Shown here: positions 7,950 to 16,659 of the stretch, one piece after another
Numbering within the stretch: the stretch's first letter is position 1
Layout: every line of letters begins with the position of its first letter
IMG/VR virus record: IMGVR_UViG_3300032135_000023
Coordinates: 1-40,421 of that record
Strand: one strand, 5' to 3'
Source of the DNA: a virus
Lineage: Duplodnaviria; Caudoviricetes
Length of the DNA: 40,421 bases
Translations under genes and position numbers: made by a program
The notes under the pieces: generated by a model
Seen by the model: only the letters and a program-made list of their open reading frames with translations
The model's database searches: none
What the model was told of the DNA's origin: nothing

Positions 7950-10729
7950 GTAAACATCTCCGGATTTGTCAGGCATTTAATCTTGTGTACAGTCATCATC
8001 GAGAACTGCTTCAACCACTTGCCGCGGATCAGGAACCAGTCCTTGCCGTCCACCGCTTTGTCAGCCAGAACCTCACCGACCTCAAACCACTGATTAGCCT
8101 TCACGCGGATCACGACAGGCTTGCTGACAGAGTCGTCAACAGCGAACACGTCCAGGAACAGCGTTTGGCCGGGCTTACGCTCCCCGTTGCGCCTTGCTAC
8201 TCGCACAGTCTCGTTGTCGTCACGGCGCTCCTTGCGTATCAAGCGGCAAATCACAACGCCTTCCTCAAAGTCCTCCAGATCAGCGAACTCCCTCACCCGG
8301 CCTTTGATGTTGTGCGAGTCAGGGTCGGAGTAAATGTGATTCCACATAGCGTGAGCCGGGCGCAGCTCCTTGTGCTTCACCTCGTGCTTGGCGATTTGAG
8401 CGAGGTCTTTCTCAGTCAGACCTTTGGCAGCGCGCCGTTCCACGTATGCCTTGGCCTTTACCGGGCCGATCCCTTTGAGGTTGGTAAAGCCACCCAGCAG
8501 TCGGCCTTCTTTGGTGCCCCAATTAACGTCTGAGAGCTGGGCGTCGAATGGCTGATATGGTATGCCTTCAGCGGTCAACTCACGCAGTATCTCGATCACC
8601 TGCTCTTCATCCTTGGCGTTGCGCAAGCAGGCAGCGGCATACTCCAGCGGGTGATAGCGCTTCATATAGGCACACCAGTAGCTGATCACCGCATAGGAGC
8701 AGGTGTGGGAGGCGTTCATGCCCCAAGCGCCGAATGAGCAGATCTCGTGCCAGATCTCAGCGGCTTGTTCAGCGCTGATTCCGTGAGTTGCCGCGCCCTC
8801 TGCAAATTGCTCGCCGCGTCGGTCGAAAAACTCCTTGCCTTTGCGGCCAGACATCGCCTTACGGATGGTTGAAGTCTCTTCCCAAGAGAACCGGCCCAAC
8901 TCACGCACGATCCGCATCACCTGCTCTTGATAAAGAACCACGCCCATCGTCTCTGCGAGGTAGTCAGCCATCGAGGGGTGGCGGTAGGTGACCGGTTCCT
9001 TGCCTATGTTACGGTTGATATAGTGGTTGGCAGCGCCGCCGCCGAGCGGGCCGGGGCGAGCCAGTGCGGTCACGTGGTCAATCTGCTTGAAGGACTTGAT
9101 GGGAACCTGAATCGACACCCGGCGTTGGGCCGCGCCTTCGAATTGGAATAGACCGGAGAACTTGGCTTGGTTGAACACCTCAAACACTTCTGGATCGTCC
9201 AGCTTGAGCGCGAAAAGTTGCTCTGGCGTGATGCACCCGGTGTCTTCAATGACCCCCAACGTCCGCAAGCCAAGCGCATCGATCTTGAGCAGGTTCAAGA
9301 CTTCCGCGTCCTTCTTGTCGATGTGGGCGACGCCGTTGCGGACGGTGCAGTGCTCCACGACAGGCACGTTAGCCACGATGATCCCCGCCGCGTGAACGCC
9401 TGTGTGAGAAGCGTGGTTCTCCAAGGTGCCCATGAGCGAGGCTTCGGGGTAGCGCTTGATGAAGTCCCGGCCCGGTTGGGTGTTCTCCAGGGTATCTTCT
9501 AAGCCTTTGCCATAGCGCGCGTCGCCAGAGCTGTACTCAATCAACACGTTGAGCACGGAGAAGGTAGCGCCGTGCGGAATGGAAAGTTTCTTGGCTACAT
9601 GCGCCATCACCGACCGCGGCTTCAGAGTGCTGAGTGAGCCGATCCGGGACACGTTGTCTGCCCCGTACTTTTCTGCAAGGTAGTCAAACACCATGTAGCG
9701 CTTCTGGTCATTGAAGTCGATATCGATGTCGGGCAAGTCGTCCCGGTTGATGTCGATGAATCGCTCGAACAGCAGGCCTGTGGGGATTGGATCGACCTCA
9801 GTGATGCGCAGCAGGTAGCAAACCAGAGAGCCTGCAGACGAACCGCGCGCCGGGCCGACAAGCATGCGTTGCTTCGCCCACACCACAAGATCGGCAACCA
9901 CCAAGAAATAGCTCTCGAATTGCTTTTGCTCGATCATCGCCAATTCACGCTCAAGGCGCTGCTGGTATACTTCATTCCACTCTTCAAGGTGGCCGGCAGC
10001 CAAGCGGTAAGCCTTGCCCTCTTCTACCAAGCTGGGCAGGTGACCGGGAACCTGAATAATCGGGGCGAAGGGTAAGTCAACCGCGCCAACGCGCTCTGCA
10101 GCTTCATGAGTGTTGCTTAACGCCTTGTTGTAAACGTCATCCGGCAGGAACCAGAAGGCCTCTCGGAACTCTGGAGGCGTCAATATGTGCTGGGGAGTGA
10201 GCTTGGCGTTGTCCACCCAAGCCATGAATTCAGACTGAAGGCCCGGCTCTGGATAGTCGCAGTCTGAGGTCAACACCAGCGGCTTGCCGGTTGCGCGGTG
10301 CAAGTCCAAGGAACGCTTGCTGGCGAGGATGGAGGCCGGGTTCAGGTCAATGTAATCAAATGCGTCTGGGTCGGTGAGTGCAGCGCCAGCAAAGCGGATA
10401 ACGCCCTTGGCCGCGGCCAACTCTTCTTGCGTCGTCGGGTTGGCGGAGCTGAGTCTGTAAAATTGCTTGATGTCTTCAGCCAGCACCCAGCACGAAGGCT
10501 TCTTGCCGCTCTCGTCAGGGATTTGGAATTCGGTGCCATAGGCTGCGGTCACGCCGGAGTCTTTCAACGCCTTGCGCCAGCGCACGTGACCCCAAGTGCC
10601 GTCTGCGTCAACCAGCCCGGCGAAGGTCTGGCCGGAATCCTTAAGACTCTGAGCTACGCGCTCAACGGTTCCGAAGGTTTTGCGGAAGCTGCACTCAGAG
10701 CGTACCCTGAGCTGCGGAATGGATTGCAT
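7946..10729 (-). CDS. dnaE: DNA polymerase III alpha subunit (family C)
   Basis: GPARGSSAGSLVCY, LLFERF, PDIDIDF, HAAGII, KIDALGL, LYQEQVM, HhH KGIGP; degenerate N-terminal PHP domain. Confidence 0.95.
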   Translation of the reverse strand: MQSIPQLRVRSECSFRKTFGTVERVAQSLKDSGQTFAGLVDADGTWGHVRWRKALKDSGVTAAYGTEFQIPDESGKKPSCWVLAEDIKQFYRLSSANPTTQEELAAAKGVIRFAGAALTDPDAFDYIDLNPASILASKRSLDLHRATGKPLVLTSDCDYPEPGLQSEFMAWVDNAKLTPQHILTPPEFREAFWFLPDDVYNKALSNTHEAAERVGAVDLPFAPIIQVPGHLPSLVEEGKAYRLAAGHLEEWNEVYQQRLERELAMIEQKQFESYFLVVADLVVWAKQRMLVGPARGSSAGSLVCYLLRITEVDPIPTGLLFERFIDINRDDLPDIDIDFNDQKRYMVFDYLAEKYGADNVSRIGSLSTLKPRSVMAHVAKKLSIPHGATFSVLNVLIEYSSGDARYGKGLEDTLENTQPGRDFIKRYPEASLMGTLENHASHTGVHAAGIIVANVPVVEHCTVRNGVAHIDKKDAEVLNLLKIDALGLRTLGVIEDTGCITPEQLFALKLDDPEVFEVFNQAKFSGLFQFEGAAQRRVSIQVPIKSFKQIDHVTALARPGPLGGGAANHYINRNIGKEPVTYRHPSMADYLAETMGVVLYQEQVMRIVRELGRFSWEETSTIRKAMSGRKGKEFFDRRGEQFAEGAATHGISAEQAAEIWHEICSFGAWGMNASHTCSYAVISYWCAYMKRYHPLEYAAACLRNAKDEEQVIEILRELTAEGIPYQPFDAQLSDVNWGTKEGRLLGGFTNLKGIGPVKAKAYVERRAAKGLTEKDLAQIAKHEVKHKELRPAHAMWNHIYSDPDSHNIKGRVREFADLEDFEEGVVICRLIRKERRDDNETVRVARRNGERKPGQTLFLDVFAVDDSVSKPVVIRVKANQWFEVGEVLADKAVDGKDWFLIRGKWLKQFSMMTVHKIKCLTNPEMFT

Positions 10730-11255
10730 GGAGTATCCCTTGCTTTTGGACAACATCAAGTAAGGCCATGACGTCATCGATTGCTCTGTGTGTTTGGGCT
10801 AGTGGCTGGCCGGTCTGGTAGGCATAAAGCTCGGTCAACTTGGGGCGTCTGCCCCATTCAAAAACATTCTCCTGCACGGTGCAAATCTGGTAGCGCGGCC
10901 ACTTAAAATCGGTGACCTCAAGGCGCTTCAACTCGAAGTCGGCAACGCCTTTATCGAACGGAAGGTTGTGGGCTATAACGATGTCAGCGCGCTCCATGAA
11001 GGCCCGGATTTGCGGCCAGACCTCTTTGAATGTCGGCTCCTCGAAAAGGTCTTCGTCGGTCAACCCGGTGATCTTGGTGATGATCGCTTCGAGCGGTTGG
11101 CAGGGGTTGATCAATAGCTGGAGAGTGTCAATCAACTCGCCTTCCTGATCAACCAAGGCCGCGCCAAATTCAATCATCTTCGGTTGCGCGCTCATCTGAG
11201 CCGTGGCGTGCTTAAGCAAGCCTGTGGTCTCTGAGTCAAAGATTATTGCGTTCAT
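10695..11255 (-). CDS. DEDDh 3'-5' exonuclease (DnaQ/epsilon-like)
   Basis: FDSETTG, AHNLPFD, HRAIDDV motifs; overlaps the dnaE start. Confidence 0.9.
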   Translation of the reverse strand: MNAIIFDSETTGLLKHATAQMSAQPKMIEFGAALVDQEGELIDTLQLLINPCQPLEAIITKITGLTDEDLFEEPTFKEVWPQIRAFMERADIVIAHNLPFDKGVADFELKRLEVTDFKWPRYQICTVQENVFEWGRRPKLTELYAYQTGQPLAQTHRAIDDVMALLDVVQKQGILHAIHSAAQGTL

Positions 11256-11291
11256 AAGCAAGTTGGCCTCCCTCTCAGAAGGCCGCTCCCG

Positions 11292-11777
11292 TTATACCGG
11301 CGCGCTTTCTTGGCGCACGATGAACTTGACGTCAACGCTGAGGATGTCGCGTGTGTCGAATATGACGTAGTTGTACCAGCGCTGCCCGGCGATGACGGGA
11401 TTGCTGTGCTCGGTGGTGAACACCTCCTGCGCAACATGGATGCCGCGATCAGCGAAAAAGTGGCGCCATTCAACCAGCTCTTTCTCGCCGCAGTGCATGC
11501 CGATGTGGCTGACGGACGGGCCGTTGTAATCCATCCAATTGCGGCCTGCGGTGTAGTTCAACACCTCCAACTCCTTGGCGCCTTGCAGCAGGTCGTACTC
11601 GAACGCCAAGTCAGCCTCGTTGGCACCGGGCGAGCCGTGCACCTCACCCTTGGCTTTTACGTGATCACGCGCCCACTCGCCTGCGCCCATAGCGGTTAGC
11701 AGCTCCATCGCAGCTTCAGGGTCGGTGGGGCACAGGGCAAGTTGTTCGATCTTAAACTTCGGCATGGGGTTCTCCAT
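11292..11777 (-). CDS. VOC/glyoxalase-superfamily protein
   Basis: IEQLAL, ELEVL, VSHIGMH and terminal VKFI strands match the paired beta-alpha-beta-beta-beta VOC pattern. Confidence 0.65.
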   Translation of the reverse strand: MENPMPKFKIEQLALCPTDPEAAMELLTAMGAGEWARDHVKAKGEVHGSPGANEADLAFEYDLLQGAKELEVLNYTAGRNWMDYNGPSVSHIGMHCGEKELVEWRHFFADRGIHVAQEVFTTEHSNPVIAGQRWYNYVIFDTRDILSVDVKFIVRQESAPV

Positions 11778-12457
11778 TAAAGTCCGTATTGGACGTTGCA
11801 GCCAGCAAGATATTTGTGGCGGCGCTTTTCTGATAACAAGAAAGTGATGAACTCGGCGAGCACGGCAACCGGCGTTTCTTCCTTCGTGATGAGGCCCGCA
11901 ATCTGATACTTCTGAGCCTCCTCACGAGTCCAGCCTCTGGTCGCCATGACTTGATTGTCGATGTCGTCGCTCATGCCGGTGCCAGAGAGCTTGTTGGGGC
12001 TCACCGAGAACACCGTGATTCCGTCGTCAATCATCTCGCGCGCCAGCTGCTTGGTCAAGGTCAATGCAGCGCCCTTGCTGGCGTTGTAAGCGGCAGAGCA
12101 GCGCATTGGCATAGTGGCCGCGTTGCTTACGATGTTGAGCACGGTGCCGTTGGTCTCTTTCAGGTCGTGGCGAAGGTGCTGCGTCATCAAGAACATGCCT
12201 TTGACGTTCGTGTCCATGACCTTGTCCCAGTCTTCCTCGGAGAAGTCCTGAAGCCAGCCGATGCGGTTGACACCGGCGCAGTTGATGAGGACATCGAACG
12301 GCACGTCATAGTCATAGCCAGCCGGGATGCGAGGGGCGCAAACGTCGTTGCCGAACTCAATGTCGTAAGGAACCACGTCATGCCCTTCCGCGGCCAACGC
12401 CTCGCAGAGAGCCGCGCCCAAACCGCTGGCGCTGCCTGTCACTAGAATTTTACTCAT
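11777..12457 (-). CDS. short-chain dehydrogenase/reductase (SDR)
   Basis: TGSASGLG, INCAG, NIVS, catalytic YNASK, SVSP. Confidence 0.92.
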   Translation of the reverse strand: MSKILVTGSASGLGAALCEALAAEGHDVVPYDIEFGNDVCAPRIPAGYDYDVPFDVLINCAGVNRIGWLQDFSEEDWDKVMDTNVKGMFLMTQHLRHDLKETNGTVLNIVSNAATMPMRCSAAYNASKGAALTLTKQLAREMIDDGITVFSVSPNKLSGTGMSDDIDNQVMATRGWTREEAQKYQIAGLITKEETPVAVLAEFITFLLSEKRRHKYLAGCNVQYGL

Positions 12458-13230
12458 CACTCGTCCTCGCTCAAGATGGACTCGATCATCGCGGAATAGA
12501 CCGCGTCGTCGTGTATTGAGTCCATGTGGGTTAAATTGCTCACGGCAAACCGGCTCAACTTCACCAGCTTGAGTTCAAACAGGTGCCACTGGTCAGTCTC
12601 AACCAGCTCCGGCGGAACGCCCTGCGGGAAAAGAATCTTGATCAGCTGCGGGATTTGCTTGTAGTTGTCCCGGTAAACCGCATTCCTCTCCCGGAAGGTT
12701 AGCGCCATCTCAGACAGAATCTCATCGACAGAGCGACGGCCAGCGTTCAACAACTTCGGGTTGCGGTGGAGGTCGAGGTGATACAGGGCGTGAGCGGCAA
12801 CGCCCATCTTCAAGTACGCCTTCAACACATCAAGCCGGTCGTCATAAACGCGCACCACGTTCTCAAGCGTCAAGCCTTTTGCCTTCAAGTACCGATAAAG
12901 CATGTAAGGCTTCAGCGTGGGAGAGTGGCGGGCATCGCCTTCCGGCCGCATCAGCAGGTCATAACTTTCGCCCGGCGCAAAGTAGTTGTTGAGCCAGTCA
13001 CGTGTGTCTGCGTAAGCCGAGACGCCGCGTGCCGTTATTACCACTATGCGCGAATCGATAGCGGCCTTGGTCCACAGCACCTGATTGCAAGGTTCGTCCA
13101 GCTTACACAGGGCAGTGTAGGGTTTATAATCCGCGTCCACAGCGCCCAACTGCTGCGGTAGAAGGTGACGCCTGTGCAGGTCGTTGGAGATGCACCCGTC
13201 CATATCAAATACTGTTATCGCCTTGCTCAT
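12457..13230 (-). CDS. HAD phosphatase (PNKP/PseT-like) fused to an all-alpha DUF6378/Nmad1-like domain
   Basis: FDMDG, ITAR, LLMRP, K, YDDR HAD motifs; C-terminal 'ERNAVY..NY...KLSRF...HMDSIHDDAVY'. Confidence 0.7.
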   Translation of the reverse strand: MSKAITVFDMDGCISNDLHRRHLLPQQLGAVDADYKPYTALCKLDEPCNQVLWTKAAIDSRIVVITARGVSAYADTRDWLNNYFAPGESYDLLMRPEGDARHSPTLKPYMLYRYLKAKGLTLENVVRVYDDRLDVLKAYLKMGVAAHALYHLDLHRNPKLLNAGRRSVDEILSEMALTFRERNAVYRDNYKQIPQLIKILFPQGVPPELVETDQWHLFELKLVKLSRFAVSNLTHMDSIHDDAVYSAMIESILSEDE

Positions 13231-13970
13231 TAACCTTTCCTCAACAGATCGACCGCCTTGGCAATATCCCAGCCCGGCCCTTGGCCTGTGCTGATCCCGA
13301 TTTCACGCGCAACCTTCTCCAGCATCTCGATGACACGCTGCTGGCGCGGCACGAAGAAAGCCTCTGCCCAAGGCCAAACGGCCAGGACTTCTTCTTTCAT
13401 CTGGACAACCGCGTCGGCATACTCGCCCTGCACACGGAGCGAGCTACGAGCGATGACAAGCTCGGCGAACGACCGCAAGTTGTACTTGGCTAGCAAGTTG
13501 CACTCCGTGGCCAGCGGCAGCACGCCACGGGCGTCCTCACGCTTGACGTTCATCTCGGTGAGCCGACCGTATCCGGCGATGGTGGACTCGCAGATTTCAT
13601 CGAACGCATCATGCTCATCACTGCCATGAGGGAACGGGTTGACGACGCAAGAGGTGCTCATGTCGTTGACGCGCTGAGACTGCATGGCATAGCTCGCCGT
13701 CCGGGTGCGGGTGAGTTGCTGGGCAGCGGCCCGGCTCATGCCTGTGATGAGGAAGGTAAGGTCAACAAACTCCCATGAACTGGGAATCGTGCCGGCCATG
13801 TAGTCAAGCTCCTCCTGAATCTTTGCGTCGGAGTGCGCTTGAATCTCACCGAACAGGCCGGGCGACATGTTAAGGCGCGTTGACTTACTGAACACCAGCA
13901 GGTTAGCTGCGTGACGGCCTTCGTCGGGACGGCCTTTGCCTGTGAAGTCAAACAATTTTACTTGGGCCAT
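13230..13970 (-). CDS. thyX: flavin-dependent thymidylate synthase-like protein (divergent)
   Basis: QLTRTRTASYAMQSQR (variant of RHR-x7-S), EDARGVLP, NLRS, R-x5-QGE. Confidence 0.8.
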   Translation of the reverse strand: MAQVKLFDFTGKGRPDEGRHAANLLVFSKSTRLNMSPGLFGEIQAHSDAKIQEELDYMAGTIPSSWEFVDLTFLITGMSRAAAQQLTRTRTASYAMQSQRVNDMSTSCVVNPFPHGSDEHDAFDEICESTIAGYGRLTEMNVKREDARGVLPLATECNLLAKYNLRSFAELVIARSSLRVQGEYADAVVQMKEEVLAVWPWAEAFFVPRQQRVIEMLEKVAREIGISTGQGPGWDIAKAVDLLRKG

Positions 13971-13976
13971 GATATT

Positions 13977-14237
13977 CTACTCCGTTGGATATGTTGGGTT
14001 GTGGTAACACCAAGTGGAACCCAGCCTGTGCGGAAAGTGATAGCCATCACACCCGCAAGTCCAAGCTCTCCATGGACGCTTGTTGGCCCATGAATCCACC
14101 TTTACAGCAGACAGCTTCTTGCTCTTGCTCTCGAACGCGCGGCAAACAACGCAGCGCAACTTGCGGGCGTATTCGTCTGGGTGCTTGCGCTTAACTTGCC
14201 GCGCTCCGCAGACTCTACACCGACAATGGAACCTCAC
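13977..14237 (-). CDS. Cys/His-rich zinc-binding hypothetical protein
   Basis: CRVC, CVVC, CGCDGYHFPHR...C. Confidence 0.7.
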   Translation of the reverse strand: MRFHCRCRVCGARQVKRKHPDEYARKLRCVVCRAFESKSKKLSAVKVDSWANKRPWRAWTCGCDGYHFPHRLGSTWCYHNPTYPTE

Positions 14238-15148
14238 TTGCGCGTAATTCGGCCAGAATAATCATCATTGCGCATCAGCTTCTTCACCACGTCAATGTCG
14301 TTGATGAGGTCGTCAAGAAGGATGTTGCGCCACGTGGCAAACCGGCCCAACGAATAAATCCCGTACTTCACAGAAAGATCGTGCAACATAGCGCGCCGGG
14401 TTCCGTCGTGGATGGGCGCAATCTTGCCATAGCGCTGGGTAAACTCTCCGATGGCTTCAGCGTCCAGGAGGTTGATGGCGAAGGCTGATTGAAGATCGAC
14501 ACGCCACTCAGCGTGATCCGGGCCGCTCTCCATGAACTCGGCAATCAACATATCGCCGGTAATCGAAGCGCGATACAAGCTGTGCTCTGGGTCTGGGAAA
14601 TAAATTGTCTGGAACACATTGGCACCGGGAATACGCCAGCGGCGAACCGTTATCCCGGCCCGGTTGAAAGACGTGCCCTCTGGCGCTTCGATCCCCAAGC
14701 TCTTGAGGGCGACGGGCAGCGGAGCGGTGTTGATGTAAGAGTCCTTGGGGCGCCAGCGTAACTGATCAGCATAATCGAAGGGCGACTCCCAAGCCACGCG
14801 TGTGCCAAGGTTATCAACCAACTCTGCATAAAGGTCTTCCGGGGCGATGAAGCGCTGGGCCGGTTCCTGATTCCAGATGCTACGGTCGCCAACCAGACTC
14901 CCAAGGCACTTGCGCGCATAGCAGTTTGCCAAGGCGACGTTGACGGGACGGAAAGAGCCGCGGAAGAAGATGCCCTTGCGGACTGTAACTTCCTGGAACG
15001 GAACGCCAACCAAGTCAGACACAGCCTTGCTGCGGAACCTCAACAGCGCCTTGTGACTTTCAACGGCCTGATTAGCCTCAACGACCTGCGCCTTGGGGAA
15101 GGAGTGCGCCGCTATCAATCCAGACAATCCTGCGCCTACAATAATCAT
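14234..15148 (-). CDS. FAD-dependent oxidoreductase (UDP-galactopyranose mutase/HemY-like fold)
   Basis: N-terminal IIVGAGLSG, INTAPL, C-terminal LGRFATWRNILLDD. Confidence 0.75.
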   Translation of the reverse strand: MIIVGAGLSGLIAAHSFPKAQVVEANQAVESHKALLRFRSKAVSDLVGVPFQEVTVRKGIFFRGSFRPVNVALANCYARKCLGSLVGDRSIWNQEPAQRFIAPEDLYAELVDNLGTRVAWESPFDYADQLRWRPKDSYINTAPLPVALKSLGIEAPEGTSFNRAGITVRRWRIPGANVFQTIYFPDPEHSLYRASITGDMLIAEFMESGPDHAEWRVDLQSAFAINLLDAEAIGEFTQRYGKIAPIHDGTRRAMLHDLSVKYGIYSLGRFATWRNILLDDLINDIDVVKKLMRNDDYSGRITRK

Positions 15149-15369
15149 GCTTGAATCTCCAGCCAGCCGCTCTTGACGAGAGAAATCACGCGGGAGCGAA
15201 CATCGTAACCAAAGTGGTCGTCCAGTTGGCCCAGCGTCATCTTGCCGCGGTTGTCGATAACGGCGTTGATGATTGCGCGTCTCTCGGAGTTTTGTTGCAG
15301 GTTGGTACGGGCCTCCCGACCCGTTACCGCTACCTGCGTTTCATTGGAGTACATCATCGGCCTTGCCAT
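15145..15369 (-). CDS. small putative winged-helix DNA-binding protein
   Basis: 74 aa from the ATG at 15369 (GAGG RBS); 'MTLGQL..HFG...RSRVISLVKSGWLEI' wHTH-like pattern. Confidence 0.5.
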   Translation of the reverse strand: MARPMMYSNETQVAVTGREARTNLQQNSERRAIINAVIDNRGKMTLGQLDDHFGYDVRSRVISLVKSGWLEIQA

Positions 15370-15379
15370 TTGTAACCTC

Positions 15380-15952
15380 TCAAGCCTCAAAGGCTTCCCA
15401 CTTGTGGTTGTATGCATTCAACGAGCCTTCAGCCTTCAGCTCAGCGCGAAACTTGATGTGCTCATTCAGCGGCAGCAACAAGGCGACGAACGCGGAGCGG
15501 ACAGAGCGGTACTCAACACCGTCAACCCGGACAAAATGGCGAGTGGAGCGCGCCTTCTTTACGTCTGCATCTTCCCAAGACTTGGCGATTGCCGCTGAGC
15601 GAACCTCGTCAGCCTTGCGAACTGGCTTCAGCGCCGGGCCGAACTCTTCGCCACAGGCCAAGCACTCAAACTCATACTTGGTGTGCTTCAGGGCTTGGCC
15701 GTTAACGTCCTGATTGTGGACGCCAACGCCGTTGCTGAGGTGCATGTCGCAAGAAGGGCAGGTGCAGAAACCGTACTCTGCAATCAGGTTGCTATCTTGC
15801 GAAGAAACTTCCAACACTGCCGACTCCAGAGCGGCCAGAACCCGACGCTCTGCGGTCTTGCGATCCGCGAATTTCTTGACTGGCTTCTCAGAATTCAGCT
15901 CGTTGTATTTGGCGACTAATTCGGCGGTGGTGGCGGCGGTTACGTTGAACAT
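15380..15952 (-). CDS. hypothetical protein with a zinc ribbon (putative DNA-binding)
   Basis: CPSC...CLACG; GAAGGAAG RBS; first gene after promoter copy 3. Confidence 0.7.
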   Translation of the reverse strand: MFNVTAATTAELVAKYNELNSEKPVKKFADRKTAERRVLAALESAVLEVSSQDSNLIAEYGFCTCPSCDMHLSNGVGVHNQDVNGQALKHTKYEFECLACGEEFGPALKPVRKADEVRSAAIAKSWEDADVKKARSTRHFVRVDGVEYRSVRSAFVALLLPLNEHIKFRAELKAEGSLNAYNHKWEAFEA

Positions 15953-15989
15953 TTTGGTCTTCCTTCAGTGGTTGTGTTCCAGTAGAGGC

Positions 15990-16035
15990 ATTATCTTCTT
16001 GTAGAAGCACAAAAGCAACATATTTTGCAAAATAA
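15990..16035 (-). promoter_or_regulatory. leftward promoter with upstream palindrome (copy 3), heading the nucleotide-metabolism/polymerase operon
   Basis: TTGCTT-N17-GATAAT (16018..15990); TATTTTGCAAAATA at 16021-16034. Confidence 0.85.
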
Positions 16036-16065
16036 CTTACAAATGATTTTCATTATTGTAAGTCG

Positions 16066-16659
16066 TCACTCCTTGCTCTGCTGTGCTGCGTCTAGTAGAT
16101 TGCGATATTGGCGCTCTCGGTCCCATACCTTCACGGCATCTTCTCTCAGGCCGCCACCCACCAGCGCGTCCCCGTACTGGCCGGCAATATCTGCAGCTGA
16201 TTCAACGGCGCTCTCCAGCTCCGCTATCCGCGCCTTGTCTGCTGCGCGGGAGGCTCGCAAACCGTTCAGCTCATCTTGCGCCTCGTCAACAACCTCTTGC
16301 GCGGCGTGCCGATCTATCCAGTTGCCAAGCCCTTCGGCTTTTAATACGCGGCTATTGTCTGGTGAATGAATAAATCCATACCGCGGGACTGCACACAACT
16401 TATCCCATATGTCGTAGCCTTCACGGGTCTTAAGGTTTCGTAAATACGGTTTATCGCTCATGGGTGCTGCTCCTTCTATCTTACTTTTCTCAAAACTATC
16501 AGTGTCAGTCGGCAAAACTTCACACCAAACTACCTCCGGGTCATTGACCAAAGCGAATTGATGCCAGAATCCGTTTCCGCTCCAGTTGTAGCCCATATAA
16601 ACCAAGTGCTCGGGCTGACCCTTCCAGTTGTATCGCCCGCCAATCAATAAATCAGTCAT
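16066..16659 (-). CDS. hypothetical protein, possibly a fusion of two genes (internal start at 16461)
   Basis: ATG at 16659 with GGAG RBS; second RBS GAAGGAG with an in-frame ATG at 16461; coiled-coil C-terminus. Confidence 0.6.
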   Translation of the reverse strand: MTDLLIGGRYNWKGQPEHLVYMGYNWSGNGFWHQFALVNDPEVVWCEVLPTDTDSFEKSKIEGAAPMSDKPYLRNLKTREGYDIWDKLCAVPRYGFIHSPDNSRVLKAEGLGNWIDRHAAQEVVDEAQDELNGLRASRAADKARIAELESAVESAADIAGQYGDALVGGGLREDAVKVWDRERQYRNLLDAAQQSKE

